From assembly GCF_964194025.1 (NCBI RefSeq), contig NC_134480.1, positions 44,268,001 through 44,332,000 of the forward strand: a DNA stretch of 64,000 nucleotides. Direction: 5' to 3'. Below the pieces are notes generated by a model. The model made no database searches. It saw nothing but the letters and a program-made list of their open reading frames with translations, and had not been told where the DNA came from. The position numbers and the translations under genes were made by a program. How positions within the stretch are numbered: the first letter of the stretch is position 1; each line of letters begins with the position of its first letter. Positions 49,867-62,500 of the stretch are shown here, piece by piece. The stretch is from Convolutriloba macropyga (taxonomy: Eukaryota).

Positions 49867-51078
49867 TTAATAGACCAGTTTTCGATTCCTGTAAAACAAA
49901 TAAGTTGCGTACATTTGAGCGGGGCTTTTATTATTATGAACTGCAATGTGCTTCGCAGCGGGCGTTTTGAAAATATCCGCAATCAACTCGACATAAATTC
50001 CAGCTTTTGTTGAAAAATCAAACTTGACAGTTTTATTTCGTTGGGTAATTGTAACACATGACCCTATGTGGGTATCGTCGAATTTAATGAAGCATTCCCC
50101 CTCTTTGTTTATTTCGTAATCTTCTTCATACTGACCTATACAGTGATGAGGACAATCAACAGCTAATTCATGAACAGAACTCATCGAGAAAATATTTAGA
50201 GGCCCCACACAGTAAAATGGGAAATACTGGAACGGGTACTCGGCATACGTAACCGCCCATTGACTCGTTCTGTTTCTAATCACGCCGTGTTCGCTACTAC
50301 AAAAAGCGCCTCCATACATTCTCGCGTGTTTTTCGTGTTCAAATACCTGCCGAGTAACTTTATTGTCAGACTTCGCGAGAACTTGGTCGAAATATATCTG
50401 GTGATCAACCAACACTTGATCAATTTTTTTCAGTCGCAAAAATGTATCGTCGTCAATTTTGATAAGATACCCAGCATTTTGGCAATAACAGGATGCGACT
50501 TTTAACCCGATTAAGAATTTGTAAGTTGTCATGAAGTAATATTCATCGCTTATGTTTGAGACCACAATATCTCCAAATTTTGCTGCCTCCTTTTTGATAG
50601 TTTCGGCTTGGCTATCGTTTGCAGGCTTCCCAACTAGGAAAAATACGGACCAATTTCCCTTCAGACTTCCGGGTGAATAGAGGCGAAGATTTATATAAGT
50701 TCTTCTAATTGCCATTCGTAACATTGGGCTATCAATTCGACTCTGAATATACAAAACTCTAGTATCATTTGTTACGCTTTTACAAGTTGTTAAATTCGTC
50801 AGATTGTGAATGACTAATTCGTCGCCTTTAGAGGGCATTTTGGTAATGGGGGCGTTTGGGTGGGTTGTGGGTCTCATTTTCCATTTGTAGTTCAGACATT
50901 CCAGTATGTCATTTCCGGCGTAGTTTATCTTCAGTTCGCTTGTTTTCCGCGTATCAAATGTTAAATCTTCGGATCCGTTCGGTTCTTTTAACTGGACAAA
51001 AACATTTTGAAATAGATTGAAAACAAAATAAACAATAAATGCAGCTGCGAATGCACGTATTATACGCTGTTTGGACAT
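49867..51078 (-). CDS. GT31 family beta-1,3-galactosyltransferase/GlcNAc-transferase-like type II Golgi membrane protein, 403 aa, single coding exon
   Basis: First ATG at 51078 (the ORF track starts upstream at a GTG). Basic N-tail plus TM helix (RIIRAFAAAFIVYFVFNLF), a stem, then Galactosyl_T motifs RMAIRRTY, FFLVG, EAAKFGDIV, D-EYYFMTYK, YLIKIDDDTF (DxD), EYPFQYFPFYCVG, FDDTHIG and C-terminal AVH. Confidence 0.9.
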   Translation of the reverse strand: MSKQRIIRAFAAAFIVYFVFNLFQNVFVQLKEPNGSEDLTFDTRKTSELKINYAGNDILECLNYKWKMRPTTHPNAPITKMPSKGDELVIHNLTNLTTCKSVTNDTRVLYIQSRIDSPMLRMAIRRTYINLRLYSPGSLKGNWSVFFLVGKPANDSQAETIKKEAAKFGDIVVSNISDEYYFMTTYKFLIGLKVASCYCQNAGYLIKIDDDTFLRLKKIDQVLVDHQIYFDQVLAKSDNKVTRQVFEHEKHARMYGGAFCSSEHGVIRNRTSQWAVTYAEYPFQYFPFYCVGPLNIFSMSSVHELAVDCPHHCIGQYEEDYEINKEGECFIKFDDTHIGSCVTITQRNKTVKFDFSTKAGIYVELIADIFKTPAAKHIAVHNNKSPAQMYATYLFYRNRKLVY

Positions 51079-53280
51079 TCTACTATTTATGCTTTTTTCT
51101 TCATATGAAGAATAAAAAGCGAATAGAAAATCAGAGTAAGCCACGTTTACTGTATTAAAGTGTTAACTTTTAAAGTGGTTTTAAGAGTATTAATTAACTA
51201 AAGTTTGCTTCTTTCGTTTTCGCGGTCTGTTAGATTGTTAGAACATGTTTTTACAAAAAATAAACCATCGTAAAACAGCAAAGGCTGTGAACACTGTGGA
51301 AAATTTTGAATTCAGTTTCAAATCAGTACTGTGTCATACACTGAATTTTGACCTGTTATGTTAGATCAAATTTACTTTTTTTCATTGCTGAATCTTAGTT
51401 TTGAAAAAATATCGCATGAGGAAAACTAATCACTTATTAGAGAAAAGTGTTCTAAGGCCGAGAACTCGAAATGTGACACATTACGACCCAGCACACATGT
51501 CAATAGATTTTGATTAATTTTGCGCTAATTGGCGGAACTTTGAGCCAAACCCTAGTCGAGAATTGATGGTTATCTTATAGGAGTCTGACAGATTCCTGCA
51601 AGACTATGCATCTTCTGGTAGAAATTTCTGGCAGATTACTACAAGAAAGCCACTTTTCTTCTGCCCGATTCTTACAAATAAACATTTTTTTCTTCCTCCT
51701 CTAAACAAGTTCTTCATAGAGCAAAAAAGCATGCAAAAACCATCCTAAGGTCCAAATGAGCTCGAAAAAATTTCAAAATGTCGCAATATTTGAATGCACA
51801 CATATTTTCTAATTAGTAGAAAACGGCAAATCATGCATTTAAATTGAATTATTTGTTTATATTTCCACAAAAAGCCTTTAGTAAAATGATTTTACTTAGT
51901 TAAAAGGCGAGAAAAAAATGTTTTCTAAAACATCCCCAGATTCTGGAGAACTTGATCATAACCTGGCTAAAAGTATGGGTATTTTCTTTGTATGATCTGC
52001 CTAGTCCCAACAGAGCCCTCTCCAGGGTCTCTCTGGTCTAATTAGAACTTCATAATATTAATATTAAATCAATATTAATGTAAACATCAAAGAGACCACG
52101 AAACACTAAATTTCGGTAATTGTTAGTTCATTAAAGATTTCTCTTCGTTCTGAACAACTTTTTTTACTAAAAAATTTAAAAAAAAAAGGTTTATAAAATT
52201 AAATCTTTTTCCATAAACAATACATTAATCTGATGATTACTACTAATTAAACGGTTTAAAAGGTCAGTCTGGGTTTCCAGGGGGTAATACAAATTATAAT
52301 GGCGTGCGCAGTGCACGACACAATTTCATCTGGTAACGAAGTGCGCTAGCCAATTGGGTCTGATACTCTTTTGTGCAACTCAAGTTGGCTTGATCAGAGC
52401 CAAATTGGTTCTGAACAGTCTGGTACCAGTTTGCGATGTGCAAGTCAATCTGATCAGAGCTCTTATAGTGGCACAATTCATCTCAGGATATCACAAGAAA
52501 TGTAAAATCTTTCAATAGGACTACTTTATCATACAAAATTTAAGTTCAAAATCTTTGGGTTGAACCAGAACCAGGTTAGGAAATGCTTGTCTTAGCATAA
52601 TCATTTCTAATTTGCTGACGTTGTTGAAATGACCCGTTAAAATTGGTTCAACCACAGCCTTAATTGTTCTAATGAAATACTTCGTATTTTCCATAACTTT
52701 GATAATTCAACAAATTTTAAAATAAAAAAAACGATCACTTAGTTTTAATTAGTGTTTAATAGAAAAGAATTGCCACAATCGCTCCGGTTCCACATTTACA
52801 AATATTTGAGACATAGGAGTTCTTGAGGTCTTTTTTTCTCATTGGATGAATTTGTCGATGCTTTGCGACAACCACTCAATATTCAACAGAATTCTAAATT
52901 ATTGAAGTTGTTTAATTTTAGTTGGTCTTCAAAGTAATGTAATTAACGAGCTTTCGATAACTTTGACCAGAATTGTGAAAAAAAGTGAAAAACGCTGAGC
53001 GGTTCGTGTTGAAAATTCACACTTATCGACAATCGTAAAAAAATGTTTTTTAAGGGTGTCGTATTAATTGATTTTTTTGTTCTGTAAATCCACTCGTGTA
53101 GTAGGGAAGAAGCCGCTCTGGTGCAGAGAGCAAATAGTTTCTAATAATTAGCCTGCGCGAATTCTCTATCTTTCTATTTTACCTATTAGATTGCCTTTTT
53201 TGCTGCTCGGCTGACTTAGTAATTCTTTACACAAAAGATTAATGTCAATTCGAAAAATGAGCAAATTAATTATTAGACCT

Positions 53281-54041
53281 CCCGGGTCGAGGTGTCACCG
53301 CCATTCAACGCAAAATTTTGTAAGATCAGCGGTGAATGCGGAAAATGTCATAAGATAAGCGGTGAATGCGGTGAAATTACATAAATCAGGCGGTGAATGC
53401 GGTGAAAAAACCTTTATCGCCTGGTAGCGGTGAAATTACATAAATTCACCGCTTCGAAAAAAGTTTCCAAATTATGTAAGATAAGCGGTGAATGCGGTGA
53501 AATTACTTAAAATCACCGCTCAACATAGTAGTGAACTTACATAAATTCACCGCTCAGAAAAAATGTTAAAATTGTGTGAGATCAACAAATAATCTGGTGA
53601 AATTAATGGGGAGTAGGGGAGGAATTGTTAGATTTAACCTCCCACGAAAACCACCCCTCAATCTTACATTTTTTTCACATTTTTTATAAACAGTGAATAT
53701 ATTTAATTTCGCCACTAGAGTAAGCTTTGAACTTACAAAAACTCACCACATTTCACCGCTAAAATATGTAATTTCACCGCAAAAAATCGCAAATCTTACA
53801 AAAAATTACCGCGCATCTTTTACAAATGCAGGTTCGAACCCTTGTAAGGGTGGTGAAAATACATATTTTAGCGGCAAATGTGGTGATATGTGTAAGATCA
53901 CAATCTTACTCTAGCGGTGAATTTACATAATTTCACCGCATTAACCGCATTTCACCGAAAAATTATTTACGAAATTTGCTGTGAAAAAACTAACCTTTCA
54001 GCGATTATCTTACATTTTTTGCAAATTTTTCTCGACCCAGG
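53281..54041. mobile_element. Non-autonomous CMC/EnSpm-like element, same family as 34838-35421
   Basis: CT|CCCGGGTCGAG ... CTCGACCCAGG|CT (2-bp TSD CT), with GCGGTGAA arrays in opposite orientations in the two halves. Confidence 0.75.
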
Positions 54042-55483
54042 CTCATACAAAAGTTACGGAAGAAACACACATAGCTAGAACTAACCACTCTAAAACTTAC
54101 TTTATCGTTGTTTTTTTTTTGCTGATAAACTATACACATTTTTAAACATCTATTAACAAATCGGTTTAATAACTCATGCGGAACTGTTCAAAAATGTGCA
54201 AATTCAGACAGAGAAAAAATCACAATGTGTACGCAAGATAAAAGAGATATGTGGAGAAGAATTATCCAGACAGTAAGCTCTAAACAGCGTCCAAACAAAC
54301 TATATGGAGTGATCAATGACCTGAAGTCATACCAGTCCTTTACAGAAACCTATTTTTGAGTTCTGAAATGACCATCTCTGTAAGCAGCAACTGATGTTTA
54401 ACAACTTACATTTAAATAAAAATTCAATTATTTTTCGACTGAATACTGCGCTGTTCTTGTATTCTTGTTTAAAGTACAAACAAAATTGTTTCAGCTGATA
54501 TTCGTGCTCAACATTTGAAGCGCGTAATTTTCATTCTGCTAATGTGACTCTATTTGTTTAAGTCGGTCTGGTCCAGACTCTTGACTGGGATTGCTTGGTC
54601 TAGCCAAGGCTTGGGTTATGTCTGTTTGGTCTGTTGCAGGGTGCCCAAAGTCGATTCGGTCATGCCCATATCTAATGTTGGGTTTCCTCCGTCTGAACCC
54701 CTTGTCTACGACCCAAGATCGTCTGCCCATGCTCGGTCATATATGGTTCTTAGTAATCATACTAGGTCAAACTCTTGGTAGTCATACGGGGATCATATAG
54801 GATTTCCAATAAACCATGCAGGAAGTATACGAAAAATGTCGAAGCCTGAAAACTGAATAATTTTCATTTTCCACTGAAGTTGAGGAAATTACTTGGAAAT
54901 TTTACAAAGTCATTTATGGCACATAAAGTGTAAATTGCTGCCACAAATTCGTGTATAATGTAGTCAGAGGACATATTAAAATATTATATTGTATTTTCAA
55001 TCCTTATTTGCTTCTTTGTGTGCGCTAAGAGCACATTTTTGCAAATTGAACATGTTCACAAAGCGAAATTGGGTATATGTGCAAACACAATTGAGTATTT
55101 CTGATAAGTGAGGTAACTTATAGGTAACTGGCTTCAGAGAATATCAAATCTTTAGTTGTATTATTGGACTTACTCGTTTATTTATTGTTCAATTTGCAAA
55201 TAATATTGTACGTTAGGGTCTTTTGGCGGATCACATACTGATGCCGGAGAATCACATAGGTGATGACTTACGGAAAAAAAAAATTAAGAAAAAAATAATG
55301 GGTACACAGATTTATTTGAAAAAATGTAGGAGTCTTGTTAATCCTACTAGGCTGATATATGATTTCATGGTAAATCATACAAGGATCATGTATTAATTCT
55401 GAGTAGTTACACATGGATCGTATTTAGAAATACGTTATGATTTAAATGACATTATGTATAATCCTTTTATGGCTTCTAAGAAG

Positions 55484-57619
55484 TGACAGCGCGGGTCAGC
55501 ACCTGTGTTGCACGTTCTTCTTGCTTTGATGCGCACAATTCCATCAGATCCATGTATAATTCACAAAATTGCAATCGACCTATTAATTACTTTTATTCGC
55601 AAAAATTTCAAATTTGACCGAACCGTGGACAAAGGTCACAATATTTTGTCGCATTTTCCGCAAATTATACCACTACTTTCCACGGTCCGCTTAAGGTCAA
55701 TTAGACTTAACAGCCAGAGTTATTGATCTAAGACATAGTTCAAAAACTAGTTTTTTTGAAAAACTTGATAACGCCTATATTGATTGTTTGATTTTTGTCC
55801 AATTGGCTCTAATGTTCAACGACGATAGTTCAAAAAACTTGACAGCGCGGGTCAGCACCTGTGTTGCACGTTCTTTTTGCTTTGATGCGCACAATTCCAT
55901 CAGATCCATGTATAATTCACAAAATTGCATCAGACCTATTAATTCCTTTTATTCGCAAAAACTTCAAATTTGACCGAACCGTGGACAAAGGTCACAATAT
56001 TTTGTCGCATTTTCCGCAAATTATATCACTACTTTCCACGGTCCGTTTAAGGTCAATTAGCCTTAACAGCCAGAGTTATTGATCTAAGACATAGTTCAAA
56101 AACTAGTTTTTTTGAAAAACTTGATAACGCCTATATTGATTGTTTGATTTTTGTCCAATTGGCTCTATTGTTCAACGACGATAGTTCAAAAAACTTGACA
56201 GCGCGGGTCAGCACCTGTGTTGCACTTTCTTCTTGCTTTGATGCGCACAATTCCATCAGATCCATGTATAATTCACAAAATTGCATCAGACCTATTAATT
56301 ACTTTTATTCGCAAAAATTTCAAATTTGACCGGACCGTGGACAAAGGTCACAATATTTTGTCGCATTTTCCACAAATTATACCACTACTTTCCGCGGTCC
56401 GTTTAAGGTCAATTAGCCTTAACAGCCAGAGTTATTGATCTAAGACATAGTTCAAAAACTAGTTTTTTTGAAAAACTTGATAACGCCTATACTGATTGTT
56501 TGATTTTTGTCCAATTGGCTCTATTGTTCAACGACGATAGTTCAAAAAACTTGACAGCGCGGGTCAGCATCTGTGTTGCACGTTCTTCTTGCTTTGATCC
56601 GCACAATTCCATCAGATCCATGTATAATTCACAAAATTGCATCAGACCTATTAATTACTTTTATTCGCAAAAATTTCAAATTTGACCGAACCGTGGACAA
56701 AAGTCACAATATTTTGTCGCATTTTCCGCATATTATACCACTACTTTCCACGGTCCGTTTAAAGTCAATTAGCCTGAACAGCCAGAGTTATTGATCTAAG
56801 ACATAGTTCAAAAACTAGTTTTTTTTGAAAAACTTGATAACGCCTATATTGATTGTTTGATTTTTGTCCAATTGGCTCTATTGTTCAACGACGATAGTTC
56901 AAAAAACTTGACAGCGCGGGTCAGCACCTGTGTTGCACGTTCTTCTTGCTTTGAAGCGCACAATTTCATCAGATCCATGTATAATTCACAAAATTGCATC
57001 AGACCTATTAATTACTTTTATTCGCAAAAATTTCAAATTTGACCGAACCGTGGACAAAGGTCACAATATTTTGTCGCATTTTCCGCAAATTATACCACTA
57101 CTTTCCACGGTCCGTTTGAGGTCAATTAGCCTTAACAGCCAGAGTTATTGATCTCAGACATAGTTCAAAAACTAGTTTTTTTGAAAAACTTGATAACGCC
57201 TATATTGATTGTTTGATTTTTGTCCAATTGGCTCTATTGTTCAACGACGATAGTTCAAAAAACTTGACAGCGCGGGTCAGCACCTGTGTTGCACGTTCTT
57301 TTTGCTTTGATGCGCACAATTCCATCAGATCCATGTATAATTCACAAAATTGCATCAGACCTATTAATTCCTTTTATTCGCAAAAACTTCAAATTTGACC
57401 GATCCGTGGACAAAGGTCACAATATTTTGTCGCATTTTCCGCAAATTATATCACTACTTTCCACGGTCCGTTTAAGGTCAATTAGCCTTAACAGCCAGAG
57501 TTATTGATCTAAGACATAGTTCAAAAACTAGTTTTTTTAAAAAAAACTTGATAACGCCTATATCTATTGTTTGATTTTTGTCCAATTGGCTCTATTGTTC
57601 AACGACGATAGTTCAAAAA
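55484..57619. repeat. Satellite array, 6 units of ~356 bp
   Basis: Units start TGACAGCGCGGGTCAGCA at 55484, 55840, 56196, 56552, 56909 and 57265, with few substitutions between units. Confidence 0.95.
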
Positions 57620-58793
57620 CCGAAATTGTGATAAAATGTATTTCCATTTGGATGTTTTCAAACTTTCACAGATATGATTTAGAATCGTTTTACTGTCACT
57701 GTTTTCTTCAATTGTTTATAAATCTAATCTTAAAACGTGGGCTTCAGAAAACCGTGAAAAGTTGCTTGTTTTTTAGTACGTTTTGTGTACATTATAATTC
57801 CCACACTTTCATTTGTCTACTTATTTAACAACTAAATCTTTACATACTCCATATTTTGTATCTTCATCTCCAAATGCGGATGTGATGAATCTCTCAGTGA
57901 TTTGAACTGTCACTCCAAGACAACTTCAATCAAATTTTTATATTTTAGTGGCATAAAACATTTTCTGATTCTTCACTTTTATTTATAAATTTTCTTTCAT
58001 TCTTAATTTCTGATAAACCAAAAACTTTTGACATTGTGAATATTATTCTGGCTAATCTTGAGTCCGTATTCAGGTATTTATTAGGATTGAGGTATTTCTT
58101 AGCGCGTGGATGACATTCAGAAATTGTTTATTATTCAGAGCTCAAATATTTTTTTCATTTGTTGTCCAAATATCAATTATCTATCAATAACTTCTTTAAA
58201 GTTACTAATTCCATTTTCTTGATTTCTATCAAACATTTTAAAAAATTGAAATGGCGGGTTCTATGATTATTTAAAATAACCGTTCATTTAAAATTGGGCT
58301 CGAATTTGTTCCATTGTAGGCAACAAATTAGATAGAGTCTTCAAGTCTGATATTCCGCTTTTAGACATGTACCCAGACATGTATAAATCAGCTGCTTAAA
58401 TTTGATTGCTGATTAAGTCAGCTGCTTCAGTTTTGATTTGTTCGAAGCAATGAATTTAAAAAAATTAACTTGCTTTACTCTTAGTTCAAAGAATGTGAAA
58501 TGAATTAAGGCGCTGTGTATACACTTTTCCACACTTTTAATTACTTAGAGTTTTCAATTATCAGTCATATCTGAGTAGCAATATCAAAAACGCTGGAAAC
58601 CTTAAAGGAGCGAAAAACAAGTACCTTGAAATCCTAATTTCTTCCAGGGCGCTGGTAAAATTTTTGTCGGACATAAAGCGTTTGATCAATTTTGTGGTTT
58701 TCTAAAAGTTTTGTTTAAGCGATTGTGTTTGTTTGACTTGTGTTTCGAAAGCATTCTTTTGATTTTTGTAATTTTTTTTTAAAATTGATATAC

Positions 58794-58799
<6 letters not shown>

Positions 58800-58849
<50 letters not shown>
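58800..58849. repeat. (TA)n microsatellite
   Basis: Direct inspection. Confidence 0.95.
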
Positions 58850-58851
<2 letters not shown>

Positions 58852-59100
58852 TAATGTCAAAGCAAAAAAATTATATTTTAAGTCTTATGTCTTGAACTTT
58901 ACGTGTTTTAAGCGGTATCTAATTCTTAGAGGATCTTACATTTTTTCTCTTTTTTAATCTATTTGTGAAGTTTTTTTGCTTGGTTTAATAGTCCTTTTGC
59001 TGATCCGGTTGGACCAATGACAGGTCTTCATGATTCTCCATTAAACCGTCTAACTGCATGTTTTTTATTAACTTTAGGGAGTTTTTGGATATTTACTATT

Positions 59101-59193
59101 CTCGAAGACCGTTTGTTCTCTCATCTTAACTGTTCTCGAAGACCGTTTGTTCTCTCATCTTAACTGTTTTCGAAGACCGTTTGTTCTCTCATC
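59101..59193. repeat. 34-bp minisatellite (~2.7 copies) next to a gap
   Basis: CTCGAAGACCGTTTGTTCTCTCATCTTAACTGTT repeated. Confidence 0.85.
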
Positions 59194-59236
59194 GTTTGTT
59201 CTCTTTAAAAATAAGTCTCACAGATTTTCTAATAAA

Positions 59237-59585
59237 NNNNNNNNNNNNNNNNNNNNNNNNNNNNNNNNNNNNNNNNNNNNNNNNNNNNNNNNNNNNNNNN
59301 NNNNNNNNNNNNNNNNNNNNNNNNNNNNNNNNNNNNNNNNNNNNNNNNNNNNNNNNNNNNNNNNNNNNNNNNNNNNNNNNNNNNNNNNNNNNNNNNNNNN
59401 NNNNNNNNNNNNNNNNNNNNNNNNNNNNNNNNNNNNNNNNNNNNNNNNNNNNNNNNNNNNNNNNNNNNNNNNNNNNNNNNNNNNNNNNNNNNNNNNNNNN
59501 NNNNNNNNNNNNNNNNNNNNNNNNNNNNNNNNNNNNNNNNNNNNNNNNNNNNNNNNNNNNNNNNNNNNNNNNNNNNNNNNNNNNN
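59237..59585. other. Assembly gap (349 N)
   Basis: Run of N. Confidence 0.99.
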
Positions 59586-62500
59586 GTATTCACAAGAAAT
59601 AAAATTGATTTTTGAGTGCTAACCGTGCTAGTGGTTTTTTTGTCGCTGTCCTGTCACTCAGCCTGATTAATGACGGGTCAGGCTAGCTCTCTTATCAAGA
59701 TTAAACTAAAAGATTTGACGGCTTCGTTACATATGTAACTACTTAAACGACGTAGAGAGCTTTCGGTTTCATGAAACTATTGTAATTGGTTTTTGTTTGT
59801 TGTTCATTTGTTGTCTAAGTACTTAGGCTCTCAAAAGTAGATTGCGACGGCTTGTCGGAAAGGATGAAGAGGTTTAGTTGTTACATGTTACCTCAATTTC
59901 GCCTGTTTCTCTAATTCCGGGTTTTTTCTTCAAAAAAATATATTTTTTTTCTTTGCATCCTCTCTCCACATCACAACAATGCTCAATTATTGCTGACTGC
60001 TTGGTTGTCTTGATTTTTCAGCTTTTTGTTCGGTATTCCTTCTCTCAAATAATTTTTAGATGTTTCTCTGTACATTTTCCAAATAGTCGCAAAATGATAA
60101 AGAAATTCTATTCAAGCTTAAGAGTGTGATCATTTGTGCATCAAAATTTTTAATGATAGTTTTTTTCAGTTGTCACATTTTTTTTCCAAAACTGAGTTAA
60201 TTTATGTAAAACTCTAGGCATCTGTTGCTAAGAGTAAACTCAAATCAACAAGGTGCCTTGTGATTCATTGAGTGAATATTCTGAAATTAGTTTTTGCAGA
60301 TCGAAATATCAGTATACTCTTTTGTCACTTAATTTCTGCCTCATATAACCGATCTTTATCAAGGACAATTTCTGTGTTGTAGTTTTCTGTGACACGCACA
60401 GTTTTGCACGAGTCTTGTCTTGTGAGCTATGTCGCACCATTTTTGTCGAGCTACTCTTTTTTCATTGTAGAAAGGTCAGTTTCTACCTACAGTGGTCAGT
60501 GTCTCTTTACTTTCCGTTGACGGTCTAGTAGGCTAAATCCATAAATATTTGTAAATTTATCATGACGAATCAGGAGATTTCCATGGAAATCAAATACAAA
60601 ATCCCAAGGATGAATCACTGTATATTCTATGGAGTCAAATTCAATATATGAGTCACTTAATAATAATGATTTTATTTCCAACTAGTTGGACATAATCTTT
60701 ATAAAAGTTTGCGCAATTCACCGATGAAGCATAATGTTACGAAGATGAATATCTACCAAGACCCATGACCGACCAAATTTTAGACTTAAAAGATATGTTT
60801 AGCAAACAATATCGTCGAAATCTATTTACAGGTGTGTAATGACATGTAATATAATTTACACAAAGTCACGCGGGGAGTACCTTCTTGGAATCGCATTCAA
60901 TCAATGACATAGGGCGTTTCTTAATTTGACCTAGTCGGACACAGGTAGAGCCAAAGGTGGCGCATAGCAGAATCTCACAAAATGAGAATTAAAGCCGAAT
61001 ATTTCCCGTGCTTCAATTGGTTAATATTTAACACAATATTTCGAATTTTTTTACTTCTAAAACAACGTAACAAAGGTTTTTCCGAGGCTGTTGGGCCAAT
61101 CAAATTTATGCATTCGTCTCTGATTCTCTTTTTTCCAAATCGGCTTTGCCACCGTTCGGGGGCTTTAACTCCAATCTCTTTTAACCCAAATAAGGGTTTT
61201 CTCATAGCTTGTGACTTCTGCTATTCCTAAAGTCATATGTCCATTTACGTTGGTGGCAACGAACTCGGAATAATATTTTATTGTTTGATTTGAGCACGCC
61301 TCTGAATAAGATATCTTGCGAAACATCAGAACAAAAGCTACTATTGAACTTTGTAAGACTTTTGTAGTATTTGGATTAGAGTGACTGACCAGTCCTAAAT
61401 TGTTTGCTGTAAGAATTACGCTTTAATTTACAAAATCATTATTTTCACACTGTACTTTGAGTAGCTAAGCTGTTAACTTGTGTTCTTGAGATTTATTATT
61501 CCAATTCCCCGAATTGTTGAAATACTTTCAAAAAACGGTTTAAAATTTTGTGGTCTCTGTCTTCAACTTTTCATGATTGTTCCCGCAAAACCATTGGGCA
61601 AAAATTGTTTCGGTTAAATAAGTAAAAATTTTAGCCGTTGAGTGATAGTGCAGCTTATCTCTGTTGAGAAAAGTTTGCTTTTTAATATTTAATCGTTATT
61701 CAAAAAAAAAAATTTATAACCTGTGCATGAAATTTTGTTTTATTTCTGATAGGTACTAAATCTAATTATGAAGTATAGATCAATTCCATTTTAAATCGCC
61801 TTTCAGATTGCTTTCCAGTGGGGACTTTTTTATTTTGTATTTGATTTGATCATTTTTTCTTAAACAACTTTTGTTACAAATGTTTTTTCTCTAAATGCTT
61901 TCTTTGTTTCAATTTAAATCTCTATGTACGCTTTTTGCTCATAAATATTTTATACCCTTTAACTAAAATCACACAACCAAAATCGAAACTAAATTTTTGG
62001 TTCTCTATTGCCAGCTCAGTACTTTTCTGTACAAAACTATTGATTAGAGTTTTGATGCACAAAAAAACCTCATCAATCAGTGCTTTCAGTTTGCACATAG
62101 CGCTTCAACCAGTCTCATATGTAAACTTTTCTCAGTTTTGATCGAATTAGATTTTTGAAAGTGTATTACTGAGATAAGACACAGACCCTTTGGCATTTTG
62201 GAATTTTCATTTTGTGCTACTCCTTTTTAACGGAATACAATGATAACTAAACCGAAGTTGAAAAATTGTTTTTTCCGTAATTAGAATTGACATCTAATTT
62301 GTGAAAAAAGAAAGATACCTATATAGCACCGAAACCAATAAATTTTGTTTTTAATCGATATATCTTAATAAGTTCTTGTTCCGCAAGTTTAAAAGCTCGA
62401 AAGCATTTAGAAATCAACAGGGAAAAAGGCATGATAATCTAATCAACTGGGAAAATGTAATATCAAGTTCTTTATGCCAATTCAAAATAAACTTTAAAAT

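Noticed and set aside
51079-51144. N-terminal extension of the GT31 ORF in the track
   Set aside because: Begins at GTG. The ATG at 51078 gives a normal short cytoplasmic tail before the TM helix.
55484-57619. CRISPR-like array, repeated small genes or hammerhead retrozyme
   Set aside because: Units are contiguous with no unique spacers. The 61/73-aa ORFs start at non-ATG codons and overlap. CTGATGG/CTGATGC on the - strand lack the CUGAUGA-stem II-GAAA hammerhead core.
60490-60835. Exon-like stretch near the window end
   Set aside because: Stops in all plausible frames and no recognisable domain.
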